This document shows positions 50,558-59,089 of a DNA stretch of 64,000 nucleotides, piece by piece. A program made the position numbers and the translations under genes. The notes beneath the pieces were generated by a model, which made no database searches, was not told the DNA's origin, and saw only the letters and a list, made by a program, of their open reading frames with translations. Source of the stretch: Nanobdellota archaeon (GTDB taxonomy: Archaea > Nanobdellota > Nanobdellia > UBA10117 > ARS21); assembly GCA_014239585.1 (NCBI GenBank), contig JAAZYP010000001.1, forward strand, positions 111,421-175,420, read 5' to 3'. The stretch's first letter is position 1; every line of letters starts with the position of its first letter.

Positions 50558-51121
50558 TTAATTAAACGATAATTTTTTTATTATATTCTCTAGTCTCAGA
50601 TATAAATTTTCAATATCTTTATTTTTATTTTTATGAATATGTTTAGTTAATTTTTCAAAAAATAAATTGTAGAACCATCTTTGATATTTTTTATTTCCCA
50701 TATATTTATTAAAAAATTCATCTCCGATTTCATTAGTTGCACGACCAATATCTTCCAAATTATCAATTTTGTCTGCCATTGAGATCACAATACTCTCGAT
50801 AGGTGAGTCTTTAGAAAATAATCTTTCAATATATTTTTCTTTTCTTTCTTTCCATGGAAGACTTTTATCTTCTGAAACAAAATCTACATATTTGGCAATA
50901 TCTTTGCCATAATTTTTTTCAATAAATTCTAATTCGTATTCAGTGTCTTCAACTAAATCATGTAAAAGGCCCGCAATTACAACTCGTTTATCAAAATTAT
51001 TTTCTGATAAAATATTTGCAACTCGAAATAGATGAGTGTAATACGGTGTATTTTTAGGGTATTTTCTCAATTGAGGATGGTGTGCTTTCTTAACAAATTT
51101 TTTAATTTCAATTATCTTCAT
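50558..51121 (-). CDS. Mesh1/SpoT-type HD hydrolase (small alarmone hydrolase-like)
   Basis: PYYTH, AGLLHDLVEDT, ADKIDN. Confidence 0.85.
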   Translation of the reverse strand: MKIIEIKKFVKKAHHPQLRKYPKNTPYYTHLFRVANILSENNFDKRVVIAGLLHDLVEDTEYELEFIEKNYGKDIAKYVDFVSEDKSLPWKERKEKYIERLFSKDSPIESIVISMADKIDNLEDIGRATNEIGDEFFNKYMGNKKYQRWFYNLFFEKLTKHIHKNKNKDIENLYLRLENIIKKLSFN

Positions 51122-51291
51122 TTTATTTTGTTCTTAAGAAGATAAAGTATTTAACAATATTTTCTTACTACTGAATTTTAAACACAACACTTATAAACCC
51201 CGTAATGAGGTACTGATTAGAGACAGAAGTAGAAGTTCAGAAAGTTACGATACAACCGCAACATAAGTTCATTTTATTTCAGTATTAACCA

Positions 51292-52521
51292 ATGGAAAAT
51301 AAAACATTCAAACAATTAGGAATAAACGATAATATAATCAAAGCTCTTTCCGAATGCGGAATTAAAGAGCCAACAGATATTCAATCGCAATCAATTCCGA
51401 TAATTAAATCGGGAAAAGATATAATTGGAAAATCAAAAACTGGTTCAGGAAAAACTGCAGCTTTTGGAATTCCACTATTAGATTCATTAAAACATTCTTC
51501 TCGTGTTCAAGCATTAATTCTTGCACCGACTCGAGAACTTGCACTTCAAATTTCAGGTGAACTTGAAAAATTTGGAAAACATACTGAATTACAATTTGCA
51601 ACAGTATTCGGTGGAGTGTCTATGCATCATCAAATTCGAAAAATTAGAACTGCAGATATTGTAATTGGTACACCCGGTAGAATTTTAGATCACTTAAATC
51701 AAAAAACTTTGAAATTATCTGGATTAACTCATTTTATCTTAGATGAAGCGGATCAAATGGTTGATATGGGATTCATTCGAGACATTGAACGAATTCTAAA
51801 ATATACTCCTAAAAAGAAGCAAATGATATTATTCGGTGCAACTTTATCTGGCGAAATTGGTTTAATTCGTGAAAAATATATGAATAGACCGATTGTTGCT
51901 GAATCTGAAGTTCATGTTACTGAAGATTATCTCGAGCAATATTACTATAATGTTCAAAAACATAAAAAATTCTCATTATTAGTTCATTTATTGAAAACTG
52001 AAAAAGCAAATCAAATAATTGTTTTCTGCTCAAATATTCGAACAGTCGAAGTTGTTTCTAAAAATTTAAAATCTCAAGGAATTAAAGCCGGAATGATTCA
52101 CGGTAAAATGAATCAAAATAAACGAATTCGATCGATAAAAGAATTCAATAATGGTAACCAATCTATTCTTGTAGCATCTCCGGTTGCGGCAAGAGGTCTT
52201 GACATCAAAGATGTATCTCATATTTTCAATTATGATCTTTCACAAGACCCGCAAGAATATGTTCATCGAGTTGGACGGACTGCAAGAGCAGGTGAATCAG
52301 GTAAAGCATTTACATTATTAAGTGCACGAGATCATCCTGCATTTGGACAAATCCTTCAAAATTATGATCTAAACATTCAAGAATTACAAATTGATAATTT
52401 TCCAATAGTTAAATTTGAAGTTGGTGAATCTAGACAAAGAGGAAATGGTAGATTCCGAGGTCACCGATCAAGATCACGGAGTGGTCCTAGACGAGGCAGA
52501 GTTAGATCAAGATCACGTTAA
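51292..52521 (+). CDS. DEAD-box RNA helicase
   Basis: Q motif, TGSGKT, PTRELA, DEAD, ARGLD, HRVGRTAR; RS/RG-rich tail. Confidence 0.95.
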   Translation: MENKTFKQLGINDNIIKALSECGIKEPTDIQSQSIPIIKSGKDIIGKSKTGSGKTAAFGIPLLDSLKHSSRVQALILAPTRELALQISGELEKFGKHTELQFATVFGGVSMHHQIRKIRTADIVIGTPGRILDHLNQKTLKLSGLTHFILDEADQMVDMGFIRDIERILKYTPKKKQMILFGATLSGEIGLIREKYMNRPIVAESEVHVTEDYLEQYYYNVQKHKKFSLLVHLLKTEKANQIIVFCSNIRTVEVVSKNLKSQGIKAGMIHGKMNQNKRIRSIKEFNNGNQSILVASPVAARGLDIKDVSHIFNYDLSQDPQEYVHRVGRTARAGESGKAFTLLSARDHPAFGQILQNYDLNIQELQIDNFPIVKFEVGESRQRGNGRFRGHRSRSRSGPRRGRVRSRSR

Positions 52522-54596
52522 TATCCAAACAGTGGCCCTTGTTTTTTTCGTTGAATAAGTTCTTTTAATTTTAGATCAATATCATGTTCTACTTTATCAT
52601 ATGTTTTTTCATCAATTGAATTTAATGAAAAGCATTCTCTCAATGTTTCGATAACAATTGCTTGAACATTTTTAGTTATTTTTAATTCAGATATATCTTT
52701 TTGATATTTAGTTAAAAATTCATTAATAATTTCTTTTTTCAAATGTTCTTCTAAATTACGTGGTGCAAAATCTGAATCTTTAATTGATGAGATTAACTCC
52801 TTAGTTTTATTAAATTCTTTAAAATCATCTTTAGTAAGTGTAAATGCAAGTGAATGATCTGCAAAATCGATATCACCATAAGTTGTTGATACTTCAAAAA
52901 GATCTTGATAAACTGGATTTCTTGGAGGTAAACCGACGAGAATTATCTGTTTTTTAGAACGTCCCAATACAACATTTAATTTTTTACTATCATTAAACAA
53001 AAAGTCAGCATTGCTAGTGAAATCAAATATTATTGCATCTCTTTCTTGTCCTTGAAATTTATTTATTGTATTTATATTCAAATTATTTAATAAATAAAAT
53101 CCTAATTTTGTTTTATCTAATTCATCCTTATATTTTTTATCTAAAACATATTCGGGAAAACGTATAATAAATTCTCGAATTAATGCTACTTGTGCATTAA
53201 ATGGTGCAATAACTCCGATTTCTTTGGGAGAATATATTTTTAATAATCGCTTTAACATCGAAATTATCAAAATCAAATTTCCATAATTAAAATAAGAATT
53301 TCTAAACCCTTTTGTAGTTCTTACTGGTTCAAATATTCCTCTATTTTCGGAATCTAAATCTGAACCGTGTGGGACTATCCAAGTTATCTCATCAGCTTTT
53401 GCAATGTCTCCTAAGGACTTAGCTTTCTCCTTTTTGAATTCTTTCCCTGATTTGAAAAACATTTTTTCATCATAAAAATGTTCATTTATGAACTCAAATA
53501 CTTGTTTTGAATTTCTAAAATTATCTCTTAAATATAATGTGTTCTCTTTCCACTGTTTGGAAATTAATTCGAAAGGTGATTTTTGTAAAATATTTATTTT
53601 TTCATCAATCATTGATGATCTCAAAATTTCCAGAATTTGAAAATCAATAAACGATGATAATTGTTGTGTATCTCCGCAAATTACTACTCGTTTACTCTTA
53701 AGTAATGCAATTAATAACCGCGGTAATTCTACCGTTGATGCTTCATCGATAACTACTAAATCAAATTTTTCATTTTTTAAGTAAATTCCTGTTGAATCGA
53801 TAGTTGCACCAATAATTTTGGAGTTACTAATTAACTCATCATAATTAGAATTATTCTTTAATCTATTTCGTATTGAAAATTTCTTTACATTTTGTAAAGT
53901 AATGGATGTGTCTGAACCGATCCTAAGAACATCTTTTTCATCAGACAATTTGTTCAACACATTATCTATCGCCAAATTAGTGGCAGAGCAAACTAAAACT
54001 CGTTTATTTAGTTTAATTGCTTGTTTACAAATTTCAGCAATGCATTCAGTTTTACCGCTTCCTCCCGGACCTTCTACGGGAATTATTCCTTGTTCAGAAT
54101 TCAATAAATTTATTGTAGTTGAAATAACGGTATTCTGACTTTCAGTAAATATCTTTCCTGCGGGTTTTTCGGATTTAATTACCTTCCAATCATTTATCAA
54201 TTCATTATTGTACAAATTAGAAACTAATTTTGAATATTGTTCGGAATTCTCAATAGATTCTAAATTTGTTAACATATTTTCTACTAAAAATACTAAATCT
54301 GATGTTGAACTAACTAACACTTTAGACTTTTCTTTAATTCCTGAATCTGGCCTTATTCTAAAATAATATTTTCCCTTTTGATAATGTTCAACTATACCTT
54401 CAATCTCATCAATTAATACTCTCTCAGATGATTGAAATCGTATATTTCGATCATCCAATCTAACTGAAATAATCAAATAATTACCAAAATCTTGAATATC
54501 TGCTATCTCTCCTTGACTACTTCTTCCTGAATTTTTTGAAGAATAATGATCTCGTAAAATTTCTAAATATGATTTAAAGATTGGAAATACTTTCAT
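52518..54596 (-). CDS. Superfamily 1 helicase (UPF1/DNA2-NAM7-like)
   Basis: GPGGSGKT, TNLAIDN, DEAS, GDTQQL, FQGQERD, LNVVLGR. Confidence 0.88.
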   Translation of the reverse strand: MKVFPIFKSYLEILRDHYSSKNSGRSSQGEIADIQDFGNYLIISVRLDDRNIRFQSSERVLIDEIEGIVEHYQKGKYYFRIRPDSGIKEKSKVLVSSTSDLVFLVENMLTNLESIENSEQYSKLVSNLYNNELINDWKVIKSEKPAGKIFTESQNTVISTTINLLNSEQGIIPVEGPGGSGKTECIAEICKQAIKLNKRVLVCSATNLAIDNVLNKLSDEKDVLRIGSDTSITLQNVKKFSIRNRLKNNSNYDELISNSKIIGATIDSTGIYLKNEKFDLVVIDEASTVELPRLLIALLKSKRVVICGDTQQLSSFIDFQILEILRSSMIDEKINILQKSPFELISKQWKENTLYLRDNFRNSKQVFEFINEHFYDEKMFFKSGKEFKKEKAKSLGDIAKADEITWIVPHGSDLDSENRGIFEPVRTTKGFRNSYFNYGNLILIISMLKRLLKIYSPKEIGVIAPFNAQVALIREFIIRFPEYVLDKKYKDELDKTKLGFYLLNNLNINTINKFQGQERDAIIFDFTSNADFLFNDSKKLNVVLGRSKKQIILVGLPPRNPVYQDLFEVSTTYGDIDFADHSLAFTLTKDDFKEFNKTKELISSIKDSDFAPRNLEEHLKKEIINEFLTKYQKDISELKITKNVQAIVIETLRECFSLNSIDEKTYDKVEHDIDLKLKELIQRKKQGPLFGY

Positions 54597-54631
54597 AACT
54601 TCATTCTTATGAGGTTATTTATAATGATTTA

Positions 54632-54706
54632 CGGACTCGAAGGGATTTGAACCCTCGACCCCTTCCTTAGGAGGGAAGTGCTCTATCCAAACTGAGCTAC
54701 GAGTCC
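54632..54706 (-). tRNA. tRNA-Arg(CCT)
   Basis: Cloverleaf; anticodon arm CTTCC-CT-CCT-AA-GGAAG. Confidence 0.95.
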
Positions 54707-54744
54707 GTGTAAAGTTTAATATATTCCAATTATATACTTAACCT

Positions 54745-54876
54745 ATGGACGATTTACACAAAAAGAAATGTATTTTATGTGGCTGTAATAACCATTGGTT
54801 AATCGGTTGTGTTAAACATCTCAGTAAAAATTGCTCATGTCAACGTTTATCTTCTAAATCAGATAAAAATTTATAA
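54745..54876 (+). CDS. Cys/His-rich microprotein
   Basis: Not in ORF track: MDDLHKKKCILCGCNNHWLIGCVKHLSKNCSCQRLSSKSDKNL. Confidence 0.5.
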   Translation: MDDLHKKKCILCGCNNHWLIGCVKHLSKNCSCQRLSSKSDKNL

Positions 54877-54899
54877 ATCAAGTTTTTTATGATAAAATT

Positions 54900-54997
54900 A
54901 GCAACAGGAAAACTTCGGTTGGAACGTTTCTACGAGTTGTCTTCGGACAATTCATTCGTGAGACGAGAAGGGCACTCCGGTGCTCCCTCGACTTGCA
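54900..54997 (+). ncRNA. Candidate structured RNA of unknown class
   Basis: GC-rich island with three C(UNCG)G-capped hairpins, GCAA/TTGC closing pair, TTATAAA about 25 nt upstream and T-runs downstream. Confidence 0.65.
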
Positions 54998-55040
54998 TTT
55001 TACCAAGTTTTTTAACATTAGCCTCCTTACTTGTTTTGCG

Positions 55041-55409
55041 ATGGTGAAAAACCGAAGATCAATTTACGCAAGAAAAATTATTAAAGAAATTTTATATGAA
55101 CGGCCTTATACCGCTCAACAACTAGTTAATAAAATAAAAAATCACTTCAAAAATAGTAAATCTTCTAGAGAAATTGCAATGATTTGTACCACTGATTCAG
55201 AAATTCAATTAATGTATCCTGACGGTAATGCTGCAAGATGGAGTCTAAGATCTACGATTTTAGATAAATGGGGCGATGATAAATATTTTTTAGAAAAAGA
55301 AGTGAGCTATCTGACTATGCGTGCTGTCGCAGATGATATTCATCCGTCTCGAAAAAGTGAATTCGAGTTTTTTAAATCTTTACGCGATATTATTAATGAG
55401 GAAGAATAA
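55041..55409 (+). CDS. Hypothetical protein with winged-helix-like N-terminus
   Basis: IIKEILYERPYTAQQLVNKI...SSREIAMI...RW. Confidence 0.55.
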   Translation: MVKNRRSIYARKIIKEILYERPYTAQQLVNKIKNHFKNSKSSREIAMICTTDSEIQLMYPDGNAARWSLRSTILDKWGDDKYFLEKEVSYLTMRAVADDIHPSRKSEFEFFKSLRDIINEEE

Positions 55410-55411
55410 TT

Positions 55412-55531
55412 CTACCAATTATTTTCTCTTTGTTGTTGCTGTGCTACTTCGTTCATTAATTCGTTTTCACCACGATAAAATAACGTGACAAGTTCTTGAA
55501 AGTTCTTTGAATCCTGCAAATGATTTGTCAT
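55412..55531 (-). CDS. Possible microprotein
   Basis: MTNHLQDSKNFQELVTLFYRGENELMNEVAQQQQRENNW; fills the gap and has a TATA-like sequence upstream. Confidence 0.3.
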   Translation of the reverse strand: MTNHLQDSKNFQELVTLFYRGENELMNEVAQQQQRENNW

Positions 55532-55648
55532 ACTTATCAATGGAGAAGGTTGATTATATATCTGTGTGACTCAACAAATCAGTACACTTTATTTTCCAAA
55601 AAAGTGATAAGATACTTTTATAAATTGCTTCAGAAATGAAACAGTGAA

Positions 55649-56020
55649 ATGGTTGAAGATTTAATAACTGAAGAAAGATACGCGAATCTCACTCGCAATA
55701 TGCGATGGAAACCAATAATCTCAAAATATCGTGAAGAAAATAATCTTGAATCCGATATTTTTATGGCTGAAGATGAATTTAGTCGATTAGACAATGTTTT
55801 CGAAGTTAGAGATTATACGCATAAATATCTTCGAAATTTAGCTATGCACGGAGTAATGAGTGCAACACTTTTTTTTAAGCATGAAATTGATCGAAAAATG
55901 TTTTTCCGTTCAAGAGATTCGTTAACTGAATTAAATATTTTAACTAATCAGCGAAATCCATCTTTAAGTAGTCTTGGCAAAGCATATGTATTGGAATGGG
56001 GTCGAAGACACTACGAATAA
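55649..56020 (+). CDS. Hypothetical protein
   Basis: 123 aa with TTTTATAAA about 24 nt upstream. Confidence 0.6.
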   Translation: MVEDLITEERYANLTRNMRWKPIISKYREENNLESDIFMAEDEFSRLDNVFEVRDYTHKYLRNLAMHGVMSATLFFKHEIDRKMFFRSRDSLTELNILTNQRNPSLSSLGKAYVLEWGRRHYE

Positions 56021-56418
56021 TCTGCTTCGAATTTTAATTCTTTTTTTAACCGATTCATTTCTTCTAAATTAAAACTTACGGGAAATTTTTTCTTTTGAAG
56101 CACGGCTTCTAAATTTTGATAATTTTCTCGGCTATAATTTATTCCGAATTTTTGGATATATTTCTTAAATATTACATCTCGTGTATCTTCTTTATCAAAA
56201 TCAATTTCCTTTTTGAAATCTTCAATAATTTTTGGAGATAATAACTCCAAATTTGAGGGTTTATTGTTTCTTTTGTTTCCATCACGATGCCGAATAATAC
56301 ACTTTGAATAAGGAATATTCAGCTCTGCCGAATATTGCTTTTTACCAATAATCCGATGTAATAATTCATGAGATTTTTTCAATCTAACAAATCCTTGTTT
56401 ATCGACGTAATTTTCCAT
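56011..56418 (-). CDS. HNH endonuclease-domain protein
   Basis: LLHRII...IIRHRDGNKRNNKPSNLELL. Confidence 0.75.
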   Translation of the reverse strand: MENYVDKQGFVRLKKSHELLHRIIGKKQYSAELNIPYSKCIIRHRDGNKRNNKPSNLELLSPKIIEDFKKEIDFDKEDTRDVIFKKYIQKFGINYSRENYQNLEAVLQKKKFPVSFNLEEMNRLKKELKFEADYS

Positions 56419-56454
56419 AATAATATTTTTATATGATAGTTTAATAATTTATTT

Positions 56455-56712
56455 ATGTATCCGGAATATCTGTTTGAAGGTGCTACGCTCAATATGCTAA
56501 TCGTTTATCTGATAATTGGACTATCTATTCTATTATTCAAGGCTTTAGCGCTTTGGCATTCAGCAAGACACTCACAGAAATGGTGGTTTGCTGCAGTTTT
56601 AATCTTAAACACCTTAGGAATTTTACCTTTAGTATATCTATTTTTCTTTAGACCGGATAGAAAAAAGACGAATATCTTTGGACGAAAATTGAAAAGAAAA
56701 ATAAAGAAATAA
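56455..56712 (+). CDS. DUF5652-like small membrane protein
   Basis: KALALWHSARHSQKWWF...NTLGILPLVY. Confidence 0.75.
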   Translation: MYPEYLFEGATLNMLIVYLIIGLSILLFKALALWHSARHSQKWWFAAVLILNTLGILPLVYLFFFRPDRKKTNIFGRKLKRKIKK

Positions 56713-57025
56713 TTGCACCGAAAATAATATCTACCCATCTATGCCTTCTTAATTTAAATCTCGATATTGCAATTAGTCCTGACCACAAATAAATAACTAT
56801 ATCTCCGGACATCATTGCCATCAATAAGCTTAGCGCAGTATGATTGCTCGGGAAGGATTCATCATCAGATCCGTCTGGCCTTTTTGATTTGACCACATAT
56901 TTTATACATTCATTCATTACCGATAATATAACTCCTGCAAAAAATAATGGAAAAGCTGATGTACCAAGTTTTATGAATAAATAAGGAAAAATTAATATTA
57001 TTGAATCAGAAATTGGTCTCCACAT
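56648..57025 (-). CDS. PAP2-family phosphatase
   Basis: KYVVKSKRP, SFPSNH, SRFKLRRH-WVD. Confidence 0.8.
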   Translation of the reverse strand: MWRPISDSIILIFPYLFIKLGTSAFPLFFAGVILSVMNECIKYVVKSKRPDGSDDESFPSNHTALSLLMAMMSGDIVIYLWSGLIAISRFKLRRHRWVDIIFGAIISLFFFSIFVQRYSSFFYPV

Positions 57026-57098
57026 GCTTAGAGTATACTCTTTCTTTTTTTATGCTTAACGTTAACTTTAAAAGTCATATAATAATTCACATTCTATT

Positions 57099-57182
57099 GT
57101 AGGCGTTCCAGAGCGGTCAAATGGGATGGACTTAAGATCCATTGGCTTAGTGCCTTCGCAGGTTCGAATCCTGCCGCCTACA
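57099..57182 (+). tRNA. tRNA-Leu(TAA)
   Basis: Cloverleaf with variable arm; anticodon arm ATGGA-CT-TAA-GA-TCCAT. Confidence 0.95.
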
Positions 57183-57283
57183 TACCTTACTTAGTTTTAG
57201 TTTAGTAGTATATTAAATGACATATGGTTATAAATTCGGAGAGAAATAATCATATGAATTTATTGGGTCGTTTGGAAAGATAA

Positions 57284-57619
57284 ATGAAAGACCATTATAA
57301 CATGAATAAAAGGGAGCAATCCCTTATCGATTATTGGAATAGCCAAGCCAAGAAAGGCAATAAAAATGCAAAGGACGTATTAGATTTTAGAGACTATCTA
57401 AAGGAAAGGGAATCTCGTATTGTTGGACTATCTAGAAGAGTTTGTTTGATGTTGATAGTGTCAAGACCTATATCAACGAGAGACCATCAGGTTCAGCCAA
57501 GTCCGAACATATGCTGGGTGTTAATGGGAGGGAAGATGCTAAAAAATAATATTATTTCCTTCTTGCGAGGCTATTTGAGGTATTTGAGAGGTAAATTAAA
57601 TGAAATTAGAAGGAGATAA
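57284..57619 (+). pseudogene. Hypothetical ORF, possibly a deleted integrase remnant
   Basis: N-terminal ~45 aa look protein-like and the rest looks off-frame; first ORF after the tRNA. Confidence 0.35.
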
Positions 57620-57752
57620 GTGTGCTATTAGTAAATCAGTTAGAATAATTTCTCCTGATGGACATCTAATTAATGAAACAGAGGTTTCAATCATCGGTGA
57701 TACCTTAGAAGAATGTTATCGAAAGTATTTGCTAGTGAAAAAGAATGACTAA
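57600..57752 (+). CDS. Small hypothetical protein
   Basis: GAGGT Shine-Dalgarno; MKLEGDKCAISKSVRIISPDGHLINETEVSIIGDTLEECYRKYLLVKKND. Confidence 0.5.
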   Translation: MKLEGDKCAISKSVRIISPDGHLINETEVSIIGDTLEECYRKYLLVKKND

Positions 57753-57808
57753 TTTATTAGATTAGGTTTATTTTTTTGACTTTACTCTTCTTCGTCGTTT
57801 AGGGCGTT

Positions 57809-57883
57809 TTATTTTCCACAATCGCAATTATCGCATTTACAATCCGAACATTTACAATCTTTATTATTACAAGTAGTTTCCAT
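57809..57883 (-). CDS. Metallothionein-like peptide
   Basis: METTCNNKDCKCSDCKCDNCDCGK: 7 Cys in 24 aa, three CxC pairs. Confidence 0.6.
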   Translation of the reverse strand: METTCNNKDCKCSDCKCDNCDCGK

Positions 57884-58034
57884 ACTTAATTAATGGAGAA
57901 ATCCATTTATATGATCTTCTAAAAGTTCTGGACGAGTTTGCCAGAAACCTCTTCCTCTTGGACTACCTTTCCGACCACCAATCCGACCACCTTTACTTTT
58001 TCCCTTATTTTTTTGACTAATTTATTAAAATAAA

Positions 58035-58058
58035 ATGGGAGGTCATTTCTGACCCCAT
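58035..58058. terminator. Hairpin, possible terminator
   Basis: ATGGGAGGTCA-TTTC-TGACCCCAT; T-rich run follows on the minus strand. Confidence 0.4.
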
Positions 58059-58083
58059 AATTAATTCTGCTTTGCCCACAGAG

Positions 58084-58104
58084 CTAATTCAAAACCTTGA
58101 TAAA
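58084..58104 (+). promoter_or_regulatory. Repeat-borne promoter half (CTAATTCAAAACCTTGATAAA)
   Basis: Ends 21 nt before ATG 58126; same spacing for the copies ending at 58681 and 62517. Confidence 0.7.
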
Positions 58105-58125
58105 TATTAGAGTAGTAATTTTGTT

Positions 58126-58581
58126 ATGAGTAAGACAATGTATCATGGATCTCCAAAAAGATTAACTAAATTATCTTCAGGAAAAAGAGGACTATTTCTT
58201 TCCCCATTAAAAGGAATTGCTTCAATTTTTGCAATAGATGAAGTAAAGGAATTTTCAAAAAGCAAAACTTTCAGCTTTAATATGAATTATGATGAATGGA
58301 CGCTTCCTGATTCAAAATTAAAAAATTCCCTAAAAAATATTCATATTCGTCACAATGTCCCAAACACTAAAAAAATTTCAGGAACTTCAACAGGCTATAT
58401 TTATACTATTGACGCAACTAATCTGAAACTTGAAGACTTTAAAGATAATCCAAATTCAAAACGCGAATTAGTTTATTTTGGACCGAAGATTGATTATGTT
58501 TCTATCGAGAAGATAAAAATAAATTGGACTGCTGAGTATTCGAAAGATCAGGAAAATAAATATGGATGTGGTAGATTCTAG
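58126..58581 (+). CDS. Putative ADP-ribosyltransferase-fold protein
   Basis: YHGS, LFLSP....A..FA, GYIYTID, terminal E-x-V pattern. Confidence 0.5.
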   Translation: MSKTMYHGSPKRLTKLSSGKRGLFLSPLKGIASIFAIDEVKEFSKSKTFSFNMNYDEWTLPDSKLKNSLKNIHIRHNVPNTKKISGTSTGYIYTIDATNLKLEDFKDNPNSKRELVYFGPKIDYVSIEKIKINWTAEYSKDQENKYGCGRF

Positions 58582-58600
58582 TCTTAGGATACTAATCTAA

Positions 58601-58681
58601 TAATCACTTAAACATCTCTAATTCAAAACCTTCGATAAAAAAGTAATCACTTAAACATCGCTAATTCAAAACATTGATAAA
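58601..58681 (+). repeat. Two tandem copies of a ~38-bp cassette repeat
   Basis: TAATCACTTAAACATCTCTAATTCAAAACCTTCGATAAA (58601-58639) and TAATCACTTAAACATCGCTAATTCAAAACATTGATAAA (58644-58681). Confidence 0.9.
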
Positions 58682-58702
58682 CAGTTAATTTTTAGATTTA
58701 TT

Positions 58703-59089
58703 ATGGGTTACAGAGGCGAATTATGGGTTAACGATACGCAAGTTAGTGCCGACTGGAAGGTTAACGTAGGAAGAAATTTTATGATATTGGATAAAATGAT
58801 AAAATTAGGAATACTCTCTAAAAAGGAATTTGATAAATTTGAACATACTCCTGAAGAACAATTTAACGCTTCGATTGAGCTTACAAAAAAGGACACAGCT
58901 AAATTGATAGACGATATTTTAGAACCTATTGTAAAAAAATTAAAAGAGCAGAGAACTGCTGAAGATTTAGATTTAAAAAAGTGGGAATATGAAACAACTG
59001 ACTTAGCTTATTTTACTCGTATAATTCGTCTACTCCGAACGGCAATGAAACGTAAAGGAAAAATCAATCTTTTTTTTTGTCACGGTTAA
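58703..59089 (+). CDS. Hypothetical protein
   Basis: 128 aa, flanked on both sides by the repeat. Confidence 0.7.
   Translation: MGYRGELWVNDTQVSADWKVNVGRNFMILDKMIKLGILSKKEFDKFEHTPEEQFNASIELTKKDTAKLIDDILEPIVKKLKEQRTAEDLDLKKWEYETTDLAYFTRIIRLLRTAMKRKGKINLFFCHG

Noticed and set aside
1366-54138. Antisense or nested ORF-track entries (e.g. 1366-1845, 4654-5187, 8034-8327, 36370-36969, 47093-47395, 53902-54138)
   Set aside because: Shadow frames overlapping well-supported genes, with no motifs
50460-54706. Integrated island at tRNA-Asp or tRNA-Arg
   Set aside because: I found no duplicated tRNA 3' end for either by eye
54900-54997. 5S rRNA, SRP RNA, hammerhead ribozyme or tracrRNA identity
   Set aside because: No 5S loop C CCGAAC, no SRP helix-8 motif and no CUGAUGA core; the GGCAC..GTGC hairpin likeness to tracrRNA is too short and there is no Cas context
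57889-58020. Minus-strand RGG-rich frame (QKNKGKSKGGRIGGRKGSPRGRGFW...)
   Set aside because: No start codon before an in-frame stop; at most a decayed fragment
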